Shown here: positions 1 through 13,760 of the stretch, in pieces
How positions within the stretch are numbered: the first letter of the stretch is position 1
How the letters are laid out: every line of letters begins with the position of its first letter
From: Octopus sinensis
Taxonomy: Eukaryota
Direction of reading: 5' to 3'
DNA: 64,000 bases
Assembly: GCF_006345805.1 (NCBI RefSeq)
Contig: NC_043007.1
Span: forward strand, 76,198,001 to 76,262,000
The notes under the pieces: generated by a model
Told to the model about the DNA's origin: nothing
The model's input: the letters and a program-made list of their open reading frames with translations, nothing else
The model's database searches: none
Made by a program: the position numbers and the translations under genes

Positions 1-1509
1 ATACAGCTTCCATTCTTATATTCTGTACCGTGACTGGACGTTCTTGGATAACGTTCAACATAACACTTTTAATTTCATTTTCTGCCTGCAGTGCGGCTAT
101 AACAGTTTGTTCTAGTAGTTCCATATTTTTCGAAATAATCTCGAAAGCCAGTCCGCATGACCGATTCTTTTCGATGGGATATATTGCATTTTGAAATTAT
201 AATTTAGTAATATTACACCTATGAATCGAAAACCCATTTTTTTACCCATAAATCGACAGCAAAGTTTTATGGTATCTTTGTAATTAAAAAAAACTTCTGC
301 CACACAGAAACCCGTGAAATGTTTAACTGCAAAAGTATTTGCAAGGGCATCCTTTTCAATTTGACAATATCTCTTCTCTGCCGCTGTTAGCGACCGCGAA
401 ACGTGTTCCACTGGTTTTGTACTTCCGTCTTCGTATTTATGAAGTAGAACTGCACCTAATCCGTGGTCGGAAGCATCAGATGCTACAATGATGTCCATTT
501 CAGGATCGTAATGTGCTAACGACACGTCTAAGATAAGAATTTTTAAATTTCTTCAAAAGTGTTCAGGCATTTAGTGGACCAATTACTCTTTATTTCCTTT
601 TTTTTAAAAAATAATTTGTGCAATAGAGCTCTTAACTTGTGCATAACAGGAATATAGCTTTGATAATAGTTTGCCAGCCCAAGAAATGCTTGTAAAGTTG
701 TAATATTTGTCGGTACAGGCATATTCCTTATTGCGTCTGCCCTCGACGCGTCAGGACGTCTCCCACTTTTATCAATTATTTGCCCTAAGTACTTAATTTA
801 TAGCAGAAAGAATTCGCATTTTTCTTCACTCAAAGTGAACCTGAAAACTTTCATTTTCTTAAACACAATCTTCATGTTTTTAAGCAGTCGTCCAATTCTG
901 TAGTGAAATCGTCATACAGCCTAATCTTATCATTTTTTTAAAATACATGCCGTGACTCCTTTCTGCTACTTCCACTCTTTTCCAGTCTGTCCAACTCTTT
1001 ATTTACCGATTTAATTGCCGCGAACAGTACTTTTGTTGAATAATGAACTTCTATCACAAAATAATTTTGAAGGCACTTCCACGGTTTCTTGAAAGCCATT
1101 CTCACTCGACTTTTGGCAGAATAATGTTACAGTAACGCTCATGTTCAGTAGGAGCTTCTTTGCGCAGTAAAAAACTTAGTTTCTGCTTCATCGACCATGA
1201 CTTGAACTCGTTGTTAAAACTTTCCTCATATCTTCAATAATACGCTGGAAACGTAATACCCGCCTCCGGATTCAGAAATTGCGTTAGCCACGCCATCTGG
1301 CATAAACGAGCATACTGGATTTTCGGACTTCCCCGACAGTAACTCATTTAATTTTTATTATTGTTGTTTTGTTGCTGTTGTTGTTGTTGCAGTATTTGTT
1401 TTTGCAACCCCTGTAGTTGTTCTTCTTGTTTCTCTTGAAACTGTAATACTGCGGTTAATAGGTTTCCATGACGCAGAAATTGTCAAATAACCAATGTGAG
1501 TTTCGAACG

Positions 1510-1522
1510 ATCCTCGTCGCCA
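1510..1522 (-). promoter_or_regulatory. Primer binding site, probably tRNA-Ser(GCU) (copy B at 42932-42944)
   Basis: Minus-strand TGGCGACGAGGAT lies 2 nt after the LTR end and is complementary to a tRNA 3' end AUCCUCGUCGCCA. Confidence 0.75.
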
Positions 1523-1524
1523 GA

Positions 1525-1813
1525 TGTTATATCCTTATGGATTAACGAATACACTGCAACAGGGTAATAACAAAATAATCGAATCAATGGGCAGTAACCA
1601 CACGGAACTTAACAACAATCATTTAAGAACCAACAGTCCAACACGCTATATCGAACTGTAAACGTTGAACTCCAACTTTGAACTATCAACACACGGGCTG
1701 TGGAACTAGCAGGATCTACTCTCCGACACGAACATCCTCACTTACTCATACAACAACTTTTTACATGTAGTGGCTCAGTTTACTCTCGCCAGGAAGCGTC
1801 GTACTCTACAACA
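1525..1813 (-). repeat. 5' LTR of the Gypsy element (copy B at 42947-43237)
   Basis: On the minus strand it begins TGTTG and ends TAACA, directly followed by the PBS. Confidence 0.75.
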
Positions 1814-3876
1814 ACACATGCATACATACATACATAGTTTGCTGTTCTGTAAAGTTAAGATAGACAGTAAATGTATTGCATTCATTGAGAGATTTAATAT
1901 GCATTGAATCTTAGAAAGAGCTATTAATATTTTGATGCCAGTAAGAAACGTGGTTACACTGGCTTTAAGAACATGCCTTCAATCTCCAAGCAATCTCAAC
2001 CTGTGAGCTCAAGACTATGGTCCATGGAAAATCAACAGAAAGAATGGGATAGTTGACGCAAAAAATAATTAATGGTCAATTTCCTTATTTTCATAAATCA
2101 ATTAAGAATGACAGAAGCCCGAAGCAATTTTTGACACCACTGACCTCTAATATATATGTAAATAGCTATTGTGGTATATTGCTCAATGGTTGATGTATAT
2201 GATACAGACGAATTCTGGAGAGAAATAAAGGGCATTAAGATTCAAATGCATAAATTCCTTTCGAAAATATGCATATTAGTAGCATGTTAGAAATTATATA
2301 GATAATAATGATAAGTATAATAGAAAAAAAAAGAGATAAGCCAAACCCCAGGATACAATATATCCATAGATTACCTAATTATCCTTCATATATTATAGGT
2401 AATCTAGTTAGAAATATTTCTACCAGTATTTTTTAATTGTCGGCTAACAAACAACTAGTAAACTATAACGAAAAGTATTGGGTATCATGGATAAGATTAA
2501 GTACATTCCTCTAGAGGAAAAATCAATATTCTTCATAGACAAAGAAATGGTAATAATAATTCATACAATCTTTCTATTCAAATCCGATAAAGGAAAACAT
2601 TCTATGTAAATAAATATTTGATTTACGGAGTACCAAAACTCATATCGCGACTGATAGTTATGTCTATAAATTCGTAACAACTGAATATGAAAATAGCAAA
2701 ATTACAAGCCCAGATAATTATGAACGTGTAGGCTGATAATAAACAGTTTTTCGTGTAAAGCTAACACAAACAATAAATACATCAAATAATATAACAATAA
2801 AGAGGATGAAACCTAGGATTATATTCAAAAAGAAACCCGAATTTAACCTAGTTAGTTATTCTGTATATAAAATTGGAAAGGATACAACTGGTCCTCATTG
2901 AATATATATAGTTCAGTATAACTTCAGATGATGGTATGAAGTTAATGGTATTGGAGGTAGAAGTAGTAAAATTATAGGAGAATGATTAACATTCTCTGAT
3001 GATAACAAGAAATGAAGTATTTTTAAAGTGTTGACCTACAGATAAATAAGACATACAGGGACGTATACCATTATATCATCATTTACTTGGAAAAAGATGT
3101 TAAGTTGAATATGTTACCTGAGACAAGGTGATCTTGGAATGCCCCTAATTATCACAGTCATTCGGCTGCGTCTTGGTAATTCCATAATTAATCTATGCAC
3201 CTGTAAATAATAGAAATGATATAAGCCATGTAAACAATGATTGGCATCTATTTTGAAACGGTTCTCCTACATTTAATGTTACGAAATAGTTGTAAACAGA
3301 TAATATGCGACAAAAAAAAATGTACTTCGTGGTAAACCGAAAAACGTATTTATGTATTCCTATAATGATACTAAAGCACTTATACTGACTGTGACACTGA
3401 ACTTTACTTAAGAAGTGAATTGATTGAATTGATCATTGCAAGCACATCGTTCATTAGTGATATATATATTTTCTTGTGAATGTTTTCAGAGGTACTTTTC
3501 TAGATATGCTGTTCATGGAAGGACTGTTTACTCTCCACAAGACATCCTCTAATGAATAGATTGTTTCTACAGAGTCTGGTATCCGAAGAGCAATATAGCC
3601 TCCTCACAGTTATGTCTGAAAAACGTTTAATTCTAATTATTTTGTTCCTCGAGGAATAAATATCCTGATATTTTCATCCACCTTTGCATTATATACACAT
3701 AACAGTGCACATGTGAATTCTTACGACGTGGGTATATGGAATCCTAGTTTGTCGGGATTACATGTATTCATATCCAGGCGCTCGCATATACATTACACAA
3801 ACGTACATGTAAACACACGACACAAAGACATACATTCAAGTGCAACAATATGTCTGACCATATTCATACATGCAGA

Positions 3877-3956
3877 ATGTATGTATGTATGTATGTATGT
3901 ATGTATGTATGTATGTATGTATGTATGTATGTATGTATGTATGTATGTATGTATGC
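3877..3956. repeat. (TATG)n microsatellite (copy B at ~45291-45395)
   Basis: Visible directly in the sequence. Confidence 0.97.
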
Positions 3957-4152
3957 ATGTATATATGCATACGTAATTATTTATCAGTGAATTATTTTTC
4001 TATGTACAAAAATCGTTTGTATATGCACACATGGTTGTACCGGATGTACACGCATAATTATTTATGCGTATAAATAGCTTTTTGCGTGTACATCCATATA
4101 CACACGATGTCAATCTATTTACTTTTTTTCTTTTTATATTTATGTAAATAGA

Positions 4153-4859
4153 CTAGCAAACACACCTGTCCTTTGGACAGTTTAAGTTGCTATTTGAAAC
4201 AATGGACAGCAGTCGAAATATCATAATGGCTGGTAAAGAAGCATCCTTAAAGTCAAACAACGGTATCAAAGGTAAAACAAAGGTATCAACAATCAGAAGA
4301 GAGGGAAGGGAACATCACCTTTCAAGTAACTCTGAATAGGTAAAGTTAAGCTTGCCAAAGTTTAAAGCAGTTTCAGTATGTAGATTAAGTTAGTTTGGTA
4401 TTGGATATTCATCACGTATAGTTTTCCTAGTCAACTGAATCACCGTCGTAAGTGGACAACAGAAATAAATGGACGAAATCCTTTCACTTTTATAAAAAGA
4501 TTAAAAAGAAAATGAGGTTCAAAAGGCACTCGTTTTTTCACAATGAAAAATGGTTTCGTAGAAGCCGGAAATTCGCGACAAAATGTATGTTTATTAAGCA
4601 CAACAGCCTGCAGTGCATGCCGCTGGGCATTAAAGCCAATCACACAAAACTACATTTTTATCGATAAAAACTCACTTTTTGCCAAAGTAACCACATCTTT
4701 ATAATTTGCGAATTCTAACCGTCGCGGCTCTCATCCAAACCACGCATTTAATATCCCTGTTAATTTTCAGCACGTTCCTAGCTTCGGGTGTGCCGCCATT
4801 AACAGTCAAAACGAAATGTGCATACAATTTTCGTCCAAGGACTGTTTTATAGATATAGA
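4153..4859 (-). mobile_element. Non-autonomous Helitron
   Basis: Minus-strand 5' end TCTATATCTATAAAA. 3' hairpin CTGTCC-AAA-GGACAG followed by terminal CTAG and then T. Confidence 0.75.
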
Positions 4860-5235
4860 AAATATAAGGCTACTGTTTGTTCCCTTAATTGTTATCTCCC
4901 CTACACTACATATAACTCTAATTCCACCACAATTATTCTCCTCTGTTTACGTTATTATTAAATATAACTTTTCCACACCATTCCATAGATATTATATATA
5001 TTTTATATATATAGATATTATATATGTTTTTAGCAGCGGATAATGTAAATAAATTTTCTCGCGTCTTCAATAATTTTAATTTCTTATTTTTAATTCTTAT
5101 TTAAAATTTTATTTTTTATTTTTATTTTTATCTTATTAACTGTCTTTAGGTATCTACCACTTCATAGATCCGTAATATTACACTTACTTTTTCTGTAAAA
5201 ATTGGACATAATACTTACATGTCATTTTAATTATA

Positions 5236-5568
5236 CATACATCTACCATCCTGTTTCCGCAGCCTTTCCCTTCGACGATTCTTTACAAACAATACACAAT
5301 GCTTCAGGCAAACTACAATACTCTCCTATATCTACGCCTGGACCAGGCCGAGTTCGCGATCGATAGGGAATTGATCAAGCTATCTGAGAAACGTGCAAAT
5401 TTCGGATGCCAAATAAACTTTCTTAAACGCTGCTTAAAAATCAACATGATTCCCAACACCATCAGGATCATACATCTACCCTCGTACTTCCTTGCCCTTC
5501 GACGATTCATTACAAACAATACACTATGCTTCAAGCGAACTACAATACTCTCCTATATTAATTATTAA
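5236..5568 (+). mobile_element. Penelope-like element, N-terminal ORF fragment (copy B at ~46690-47021)
   Basis: KLSEKRANFGCQINFLKRCLKINMIPNTIRI resembles the FL..C....IP motif at the start of Penelope ORFs. Confidence 0.55.
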
Positions 5569-6254
5569 TTTTATAAACCAGAAACCATATATGGTTACTT
5601 TCAAGCACTTTTTTCTAATTAATTACTAAACCTATCGATGCTTAAACATATATCCTAGTCTCTAGTATTACATAATCATTTACTTCCTTATTTGGTTTGT
5701 CTTTTCCTTAAAATACTGTCTCACCAGTTTTTTTTACTTCATATATGGGAGTTTTAAATTAGCTCCTTTATACAAATCCATTGAGAGTATGTTACCCTTA
5801 TTGTTATTATATATATCAGCTAATTAGTATTATATATATCAGCACCCAAGTGTTATCGTTTAGTCTAGTTTAAATAGACATGACTCCAAGAACAATAACA
5901 CATTACAAAAGGAGTAATAACACCATACCTATGTAATTATAACGTCTTTTTAGCTATTTTCTTATTTTTGGGTTACTGACCAGTACGTTTTGACAACTCA
6001 GATTTTTAAAATGAATTTAATGCCTTTTTGGATGAAGCGATCGTATAGTTACATGAATAAAAAAACATCATCCATATTAACATCTAATCTCCTCCGTTTA
6101 CGTAAAATATGAATGAATTTGTTGAAATTTGTTTAATAAGTTAAATCTTTTACTTAATATATTTATATGACATTTTATATCTACGCTAATTTACACTAGA
6201 AAATTCAAAGTAAAATATGAAGAAACAATGTTAGAAATCTGTTTGGAAATTACT

Positions 6255-6820
6255 CCAATTAAAGGACGAATTCGCATTATCGTTTGGTTAGGCTTTAAAA
6301 GGTCAAAGTGGACTAAACTTGTCATATTCCACCAATTATAAAACAACACCTTACGTGGGTGCTTACTGTCATCGGTGCTTGACATTTTTATAGAGAACCC
6401 ATTTCTTGTCACCAGTCACTATTCGGTGGGAAAACGGTTCATTCGTGAGACGTGACAGAAAAGAAGAGCACATAAGCACTCTCTGCGCGCGATTAGATTC
6501 GAGAAGTTTGTGAGGAACCCGTTGACCCAATTTGCTGACTTTTCCAATAGCCAAATCCAAGCTTCTCTGCTAGTTTCTCAATAGTTATGATGGGATTCTT
6601 TTCTACCAGGGTTTGCCGGACGTCCTCATCGAGCTCAACAGATATTCCAGGATGAGGCTCGTCTTCTAGGCTGTGGGTTCCGGCTCAGAATTTCTAGAAC
6701 TACCGTTGACACTGGCTTATGCTTATTGTCTGATTCTATATACTACATTAATATTATTCGCGTTTTCAGTTGCGCTATTGCCTTTATTGAACTCATAAAG
6801 CAGAATATGCCGAATATGAA
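6255..6820 (-). mobile_element. Decayed mariner transposase (copy B at ~47690-48255)
   Basis: RVPHKL, RIVTGDKKWVLYKN and HPRKVL...WW motifs in ORFs 6191-6560. Confidence 0.9.
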
Positions 6821-7799
6821 GACTGAAGTGTTTTGACCAGTATATCTTTCATAATAATTCGAAATTAGCTACGCAGAAAACAAAATAATGCACTTTCTCT
6901 GGATTAGTTGTGCTCTTCCTCTCGACGAGCTTACACATGGCACAAATATTTGTAACTGGTGTTCACGAAAAAACATCAGAGAAAGCTTCAGGTCAAATTA
7001 TAAATTCTCACCAATATAATAAGTATATTCCTAAAGTTTGTCATTTTCACTTTTTATCTTTTGTTTGATTCAGGACTATGTTTATTGACTTACATACATT
7101 TATTAACCATAATCTAGTGACGTTTATGAATGATCTCCTAAAAAGATGTAAGGCATCATATTCTCAAGTTAAATATAACAATGAAGGGTTGCGTTCATAA
7201 CTTTCACCAAAGTTTTGGAACAACTTCAAATACAAATCGGAACACGACTTCTGTAATTGGCATTTATAGATTTTGTAAGCTCACTGTCTCACATCTAGGG
7301 TATTATTCCAATAAATATTTGTATGTACAATTTGCACAAAAATGAATTGCGATTCATTAAAGTAAGTTCTATCTATGTCTTATTGTAGGAATTTCGTCTA
7401 AACGAACGTTCAATGGGATTGAAACCAGAATGTACTAAAGAGCTAACGGAATTTTAATTGCTACAACAAAGTGTGTCTAGTGATTCACCGATTCTGCCAT
7501 ACAAAAATACACACACATATTCTGATTCATAATCTCACTAGAATCTAATGCAGATATTTGTCATGTAAGAGAATATCAAAGGAATATCACAAGATACGAG
7601 AAATGCAAAAACGTCTTTCTTAATTAAAGTAACTTGAAAATCCTTGTGATGTATTGAAATTCTCGGATAAGCTCTGGAAAATCTGTTGAAAAGGAAATGA
7701 TCTTCTGCTTTCAAGTAGATCAAAACTTACGTTTTATACAGGTTAAATAGTGCCAAAGGAACAAAACGGTATTATTTAAATTCAATAGTTAGTCTATTA

Positions 7800-8228
7800 G
7801 GCGCAGGTGTGGCTAATAAGGAACTTCTTCCCAGTCACATAATTCCGAGTACAGTCCCACTTCGTGGCACCTTGGACATGTTTTCTACTATAGTCTCCGG
7901 CCGACCATAGCCTTGTGAGTGGATTTAGTAGACGGAAACCGAAAGAAGCTCGTCGTATATATATATCTTCTTTATGTATGTGTGTGTTTGTATGTGTGTG
8001 TGTGTTTGTATGTGTGTGTGTCTGAGTTTCCCACACTACCATTACCACCACCATCACTTGATAACAGATGCTGGTGCGTTTATGTAACTTAGCGGTTCGG
8101 CAAAAGAGACCAGCATAATAAGTACTAGGCTTACAAAGAATAAGACATGGGCTGATTTCTTTAACTAAAGCCTTTTAAGGCGGTGCTCAACCATGGCCAC
8201 AGTCAAATGATTGAAACAAATAAAAGAA
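7800..8228 (+). mobile_element. tRNA-derived SINE family 2 (CORE-like), with internal microsatellite (copy B at 49216-49625)
   Basis: tRNA-like head ggcgcaggtgtggct. Matches the copy at 22917-23386. Confidence 0.85.
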
Positions 8229-8532
8229 CATCATGAAAAGTTGACTAACAATGATAGCACGTTGTCACTTATGTGACACTGGGGAGACGTGGAGCATATA
8301 TTTTAAGATTTAAACACGAGTTTGTTCACATTCTAAAATGATTTTACTCGAAAATCATTCTCAGAAATTAAGCAAGTTATTTAGAACTTATTACATATAT
8401 AGTAGAATGGTTAGAATGGTAAATCAAATCAGCTAATACTTATATAGTGACAAAAGAATGGTGTACTCGAATATACACAAAGTATCAAACTGATATTGCT
8501 TTCCGTACATAAAAAAGGCACATCTAATGAAT

Positions 8533-9473
8533 ATACGAGATGGTATGACAAAGTTCCCGGACTAGTTCTGTAGCGCGCCAACGAATAGCACAACGAATAG
8601 CGTGTGTAGTGAGAGCTTACAGTGACTTTCATGAGGCAGTGCGCCGAGTGATACCTACTTCTTTATTGCCCATAAGGGGCTAAACACAGAGGGGACAAAC
8701 AAGGACAGACATAGGTATTAAGTCGATTAGATCGACCCCAGTGCGTTACTGGTACTTAATTTATCAACCCCGAAAGAATGAAAGGCAAAGTCGACCTCGG
8801 CGGAATTTGAACTCACAACGTAACGGCAGACGAAATACCTCTAATCATTTCTCCCGGCGTGCTAACGTTTCTGCCAGCTCGCCGCCTTTTGCGCCGAGTG
8901 ATACCGCTGTGTTTACTTCGCAAGTTGTGAAATTTGTGTTTTTATGATCACGTGTATGCTGTAGTCTGAGTCTCTATCATGGAGCGGAACAAAGAGCCAG
9001 CATGAAATGTTTCATTAAACTCAGGAAGTCTGCTACAGAAACATTGAGCATGCTTCGGCAAGCTTACGGCGAAGTGGTGGCAGTGGGTTGTACGCACTGT
9101 TTCGAGTGGCACAGGTGCTTCAAAGGCGGAAGAACATCCCTGGAAGACGATAAGCGATCTGGTAGACCTGCCAGGAGCGTCAACCGAGGAATGTGGGGAA
9201 ATTCATCCGTTTCGGCGTGAGAATCGTCCGAGGACAATCAATGCCATTGCTGATTTTGTTGGATTATTGTATGGGTCCGTGCAGGTAATACTAATGTCTG
9301 AATTGCACATACGACGTGTCGCGAGTTGGGTCTGCGGATTCAACCTTGAGATGAAGCAGCAGGAGATGAAGGCCTCTTCAACTGGGACGAAGCAGCAGTC
9401 ATCACAATGGAAGAAGCCTTCATCTCTACGAATGAAGACGGCTTGAAAGAGCCGCAGGTCAATGAAGAATATG

Positions 9474-9478
<5 letters not shown>
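8533..9478 (+). mobile_element. Decayed mariner element (left end and HTH region), interrupted by a SINE
   Basis: TA followed by TIR-like cgagatggtatgacaaagttcccggact. ORF 9002-9220 reads KLRKSATETLSMLRQAYG...FEWHRCFKGGRTSLEDDKRSGRP. Confidence 0.88.
8656..8889 (-). mobile_element. Full-length tRNA-derived SINE family 1 with 16-bp TSD
   Basis: TSD tgcgccgagtgatacc at 8640-8655 and 8890-8905. Head ggcggcgagctggcagaa with B box gagttcaaattcc. Copy B keeps only the remnant at 50074-50158. Confidence 0.93.
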
Positions 9479-9549
<71 letters not shown>

Positions 9550-9561
9550 ATATATATATAT
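9477..9561. repeat. (TA)n microsatellite
   Basis: Visible directly in the sequence. Confidence 0.97.
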
Positions 9562-10777
9562 GTAACTGAATAGCTCGTCGTTGTTAAGAAATTTTTACAA
9601 TAGAATATCTTATATAAAATTTTATTTATTCTATGTCAGATCATGCCTTCCCCGACAGATAAGCCTTTTGATCAGGACAGATTTGTACAATTTTTTGCCA
9701 AAAGACTTCGTTGAGGATTTTATTTTATATTAAAATTATTTATATATCTGTTCGACGGTTTCACACGACTTTGATCATTAAAAGTTCAGAAATCTTACAA
9801 CTCTGGTCGTCGTAGTGCTTTGCTTTCGTTCGTTTAATAAAAATTCTTCTTCCTAAGGATTTTGCTTTCATTTCATGAAAGATAGCTATCATGCAGAAAA
9901 TGCCAGCTCCAAATTCTGTTTTCTGATTAGGTGAGATTGATTAAACTTTAAACCTCAGTAACATTTTTCAACAATTTTTTGAAACAAATAAGTAACAAAA
10001 TAGGATTAATCGGATTTAATGTAGAAAATTATTTCAATATACTAAATTTGAAAATTTTGACGTAATTTTAGAGTTTCAGAATATGTGACAGCAACAGGGA
10101 AAACCCTACAAGAGTAGACACATAGACAGTTATAGGATGTGACATAGAATATTCGGACACATGTATATATATATGTGCTCGTAAAAGGTTTACAATTACA
10201 GCCCTACCATAGTATCCAGCATTATGCAGCTCAAGACGAACGGTTTTGTTTGACGCAGGATTGACAAGGTCGTAATTTATCTCTCCTGTCACTGTTGCCG
10301 CCATGCTTCGATGATTTTACACACAATATATTTCCCTATTGTGCAGTCTGTCCCTATGAGTTTCGCTTTCCATCGCCTGTTTTTGCCAAAAAAGTGAAGG
10401 AATGGAATTGCTAACATCAAAAAACATTTAGTACGATTTGTCTTTATTTTCAAGTGTATCATAGCAAAGGTTGTATAAGAGTGTATAATGTACAAATTTA
10501 CATACGAATATGAATTAAATCATATAGTTTCTCCTTTACAAACAGTCGACTAACGCTGTTAGCTCGCTGTGGATGATGTAACAGTCGAGAATCCATAAAT
10601 ACGCATTTGTTCACTTCAGTAATATCATTTTACTGGAGAAATACAATGAGAAATTAATCACATTGTTTAGAACAGTTCATATGCAACATTGTATATAAAG
10701 GAAATGATCACCGAAACCGGCAATTAGTGATAGTAAGAACATGTACTCGAATACATACAAAGTAGGATAGACATATT

Positions 10778-10898
<121 letters not shown>

Positions 10899-11286
10899 GA
10901 AAAGTAACTGTTGTGCAGTTGAAATGGCTTTCCCAAAAGCTGTCGACGTATTATATTTTAGCTTAGTCAGAAAGCGAACATCTGTGCCAAATAGAATAGG
11001 AATTTGTAGGTGCTTGATCTGGATTATAAATTTGAATTCCTACCAATAACCATTGCAAAATTTATCTCCATGGCTAACTGCCTAAGTACCAAAATGAGGT
11101 GTTGGAAGTTACAAAACCGGAAAACAAACATCTATTCAGAAGGTTTCTGTTCCAATCTGCCACAGGTGCCGTCAAACTATATAAAATAGAAATACCATCA
11201 ATGCCTGTGCCGTAGAATACATGTTCACACACACAAACACAGACATACACACACATATACATACACACACACATACACACACACAA

Positions 11287-11350
<64 letters not shown>

Positions 11351-11406
11351 ATTTTTTGCGTAATGAGATAAAAAGGCTGTATAGATATTAGAACATTTAT
11401 AGATAG

Positions 11407-11459
11407 GTCGTACTGCTGTTTCCAGGATATTTATTAATTATATCACGTCATCGGAGACG
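11407..11459 (-). ncRNA. Degenerate type I hammerhead ribozyme motif
   Basis: Minus strand: gtct CCGAUGA cgtgatat..atatcctg GAAAC agca GUA cgac, with U4 changed to C. The copy B version (~55795-55850) has lost the cleavage arm. Confidence 0.55.
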
Positions 11460-11679
11460 GTGTGAGAGGATACAAAATAGGGAGTGGGGTGAAGAAAAGA
11501 AAATAGATGTAAGATAAGTAGGAATATTGAAGTTATAGATCCATTTTTTTAGGCAGAATGGTATATATGTAAATTTCCAATACCCTATGAGTAAAATCCA
11601 GCAGAATTTAAAATGGCTCCTTTCAAATATAGAGTTTATACACAATGTAAGATTCCAATACCTTATGAGTGAGATCCAG

Positions 11680-11950
11680 TGATGCCGGTGATTGACTACG
11701 TCGTGTGAATGGTGCATCATCACCATAAACTTCTTTCATTTCATCGAAAATCTATTTTGGTGTACGACCTTTCTAGTATAAGAACCTGATCGCGGATGTG
11801 CATTCAACTTCCTCCATTATAATACCTCAGTCCACTTCAGCAACCATAAAAGACAAATGAATACCAGTGGAAAGCTGCAATTTACAATGTGACATCTAGA
11901 GACAAGTATGTTTACTTGTCGAGACCTGTTTCAGTTCCGTATCCGCCAAT
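11680..11950 (-). mobile_element. Mariner 5' fragment (copy B at ~56060-56330)
   Basis: Translates as MEEVECTSAIRFLY*KGRTPK*IFDEMKEVYGDDAP, a mariner N-terminal HTH. Confidence 0.8.
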
Positions 11951-12087
11951 AACCGGAAGTGAGTCAAGGGAAATATTTAATGAACACCCTCGTGTGTGTG
12001 TGTGCCTTTATATATGTATGAAAGTATGTATATATGTATATATATATATAATATTATATATATATATAATATAATATATATATATAT

Positions 12088-12118
<31 letters not shown>

Positions 12119-12629
12119 GCATGTATATGTGTGTGTGTGATCCATAGATGAGACCAAGAGATTCTCTCTATGGAGTACATGTAGTTGTGTACAAATGATT
12201 CAAACATACACTCTGATGTATTTAAAGGAAACCAACTCCACGGGGTAAGCAATTACTAAACGTGTGATAAAGTTGACCAGATTTAGAGGCAGTTATATGG
12301 ATAAACAAATTAGAAGTATTAAATATAACGATTTTGATATGACCTACAAAATATGTATATATGTATGCATGCAAAACGAGAGAAAGCGAAGTGAAGATTT
12401 CAGATTATGAATATTTAAGTATAAATAGACAGATATTAATATTAATAGATACAACTTACACAGAGAACAAACGACAGAGAAAACTAAAGGGTTGGAAGGA
12501 AGGTATTATACGTCCAACAGTTGCTGGAATTATAAAACCTTTATTCCTGACACTTTAATTTTTGTCTGTCATTTTTACTGTATGTAAGTTAGATCTATTA
12601 AACTAAATATCTGCGTATTTATAATTAAA

Positions 12630-12884
12630 AGGCGGCGAGCTGGCAGACAAAAGGCGGCGAAATGGCAGAAACGTTAGCACGCCGGGCGAAATGCGTAGCC
12701 GTATTTCGTCTACCGTTACGTTCTGAGTTCAAATTCCGCCGAGGTCGACTTTGCCTTTCATCCTTTCGGGGTCGATTAAATAAGTACCAGTTTCGCACTG
12801 GGGTCGGTGTAATCGACTTAATACCTATGTCTGTCCTTGTTTGTACCCTCTATGTTTAGCCCCTTGTGGGCAATAAAAAAATAG
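12630..12884 (+). mobile_element. SINE family 1 with duplicated head and 15-bp TSD, specific to copy A
   Basis: TSD gtatttataattaaa at 12615-12629 and 12885-12899. Empty site in copy B at ~56989-57003. Confidence 0.93.
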
Positions 12885-13529
12885 GTATTTATAATTAAAT
12901 ATTCATTGACTGAATTTCTCCACTTTTTTGTTACTCTCGTTTTGCATGCATACATATATACATATTTTGTATTTCATATCCGAGCTGTTATAATATTTGA
13001 TACATCTAATTTGTCTATCTGAATAATCGTCAATTGCCTCTATACATATTTGTGCGTGAGTGCATGCATATATGTTTGCATGTTTTTGTATATATATATA
13101 TATGTATATATATTTATATAGACATGAATTGTTAATGAGGACAGGGAAGAAATACCCCGAAACACAATGACCCTACGCATATCAGTTACTATGATATTAT
13201 ATGATATATATAACTGGAACCGGATCAACGCTAGAAATCTATAAAATAATTTATAAGAATTAAAATGAAAAGAATTCAGTCTATTTACATCCAGTGTTGA
13301 TAAATCAAAACTTACATCCGACAAATAATTTTCGTCATAAGCACCCACTGTGGAGATGAATATTTGGTTATGCTGTATACTAGTGGAAGAAGGAGAGAAA
13401 ATAGACAAGTATATCGGCTGATATCCATTGCCTTTCCTTTAGAGATAGTGACGTGGCGTAAATATACACGTAAGAAATATCCGGTAAGTACTAAACATGC
13501 GTTCGCTCACTTCCGGATCGGTCGCACGC

Positions 13530-13530
13530 A

Positions 13531-13613
<83 letters not shown>

Positions 13614-13760
13614 ATATCTGTCTGTCTGTCTGTCCGTCTCTCAGTCTGTCTGTTTCTCTATCTATCTATTTATCTACCCGTCTATCTCTTTCTGTCTTGC
13701 ACACACACACACACACAACACAAACCTACACATACAAACACACACACATACACACGCACA
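13530..13760. repeat. (TCTA)n/(TCTG)n/(CA)n compound microsatellite
   Basis: Visible directly in the sequence. Confidence 0.95.

Larger units (their letters stand above)
1..1813 (-). mobile_element. Degenerate, internally deleted Ty3/Gypsy LTR retrotransposon (LTR, PBS, Gln-rich gag start, RT/RNase H remnants)
   Basis: RNase H motif LAHYDPEMDIIVASDASDHGLGAVLLH (ORF 112-525). Gag start near 1470. Lacks the ~300 nt RT core that copy B has at ~41993-42299. Confidence 0.92.

Noticed and set aside
3713-4073. ORFs rich in MYVC, IYIY, poly-I/L/N or HT repeats, here and throughout the track
   Set aside because: They are translations of microsatellites.
12630-12760. tRNA gene
   Set aside because: The A/B boxes belong to a SINE head and continue into the SINE body, with a TSD.
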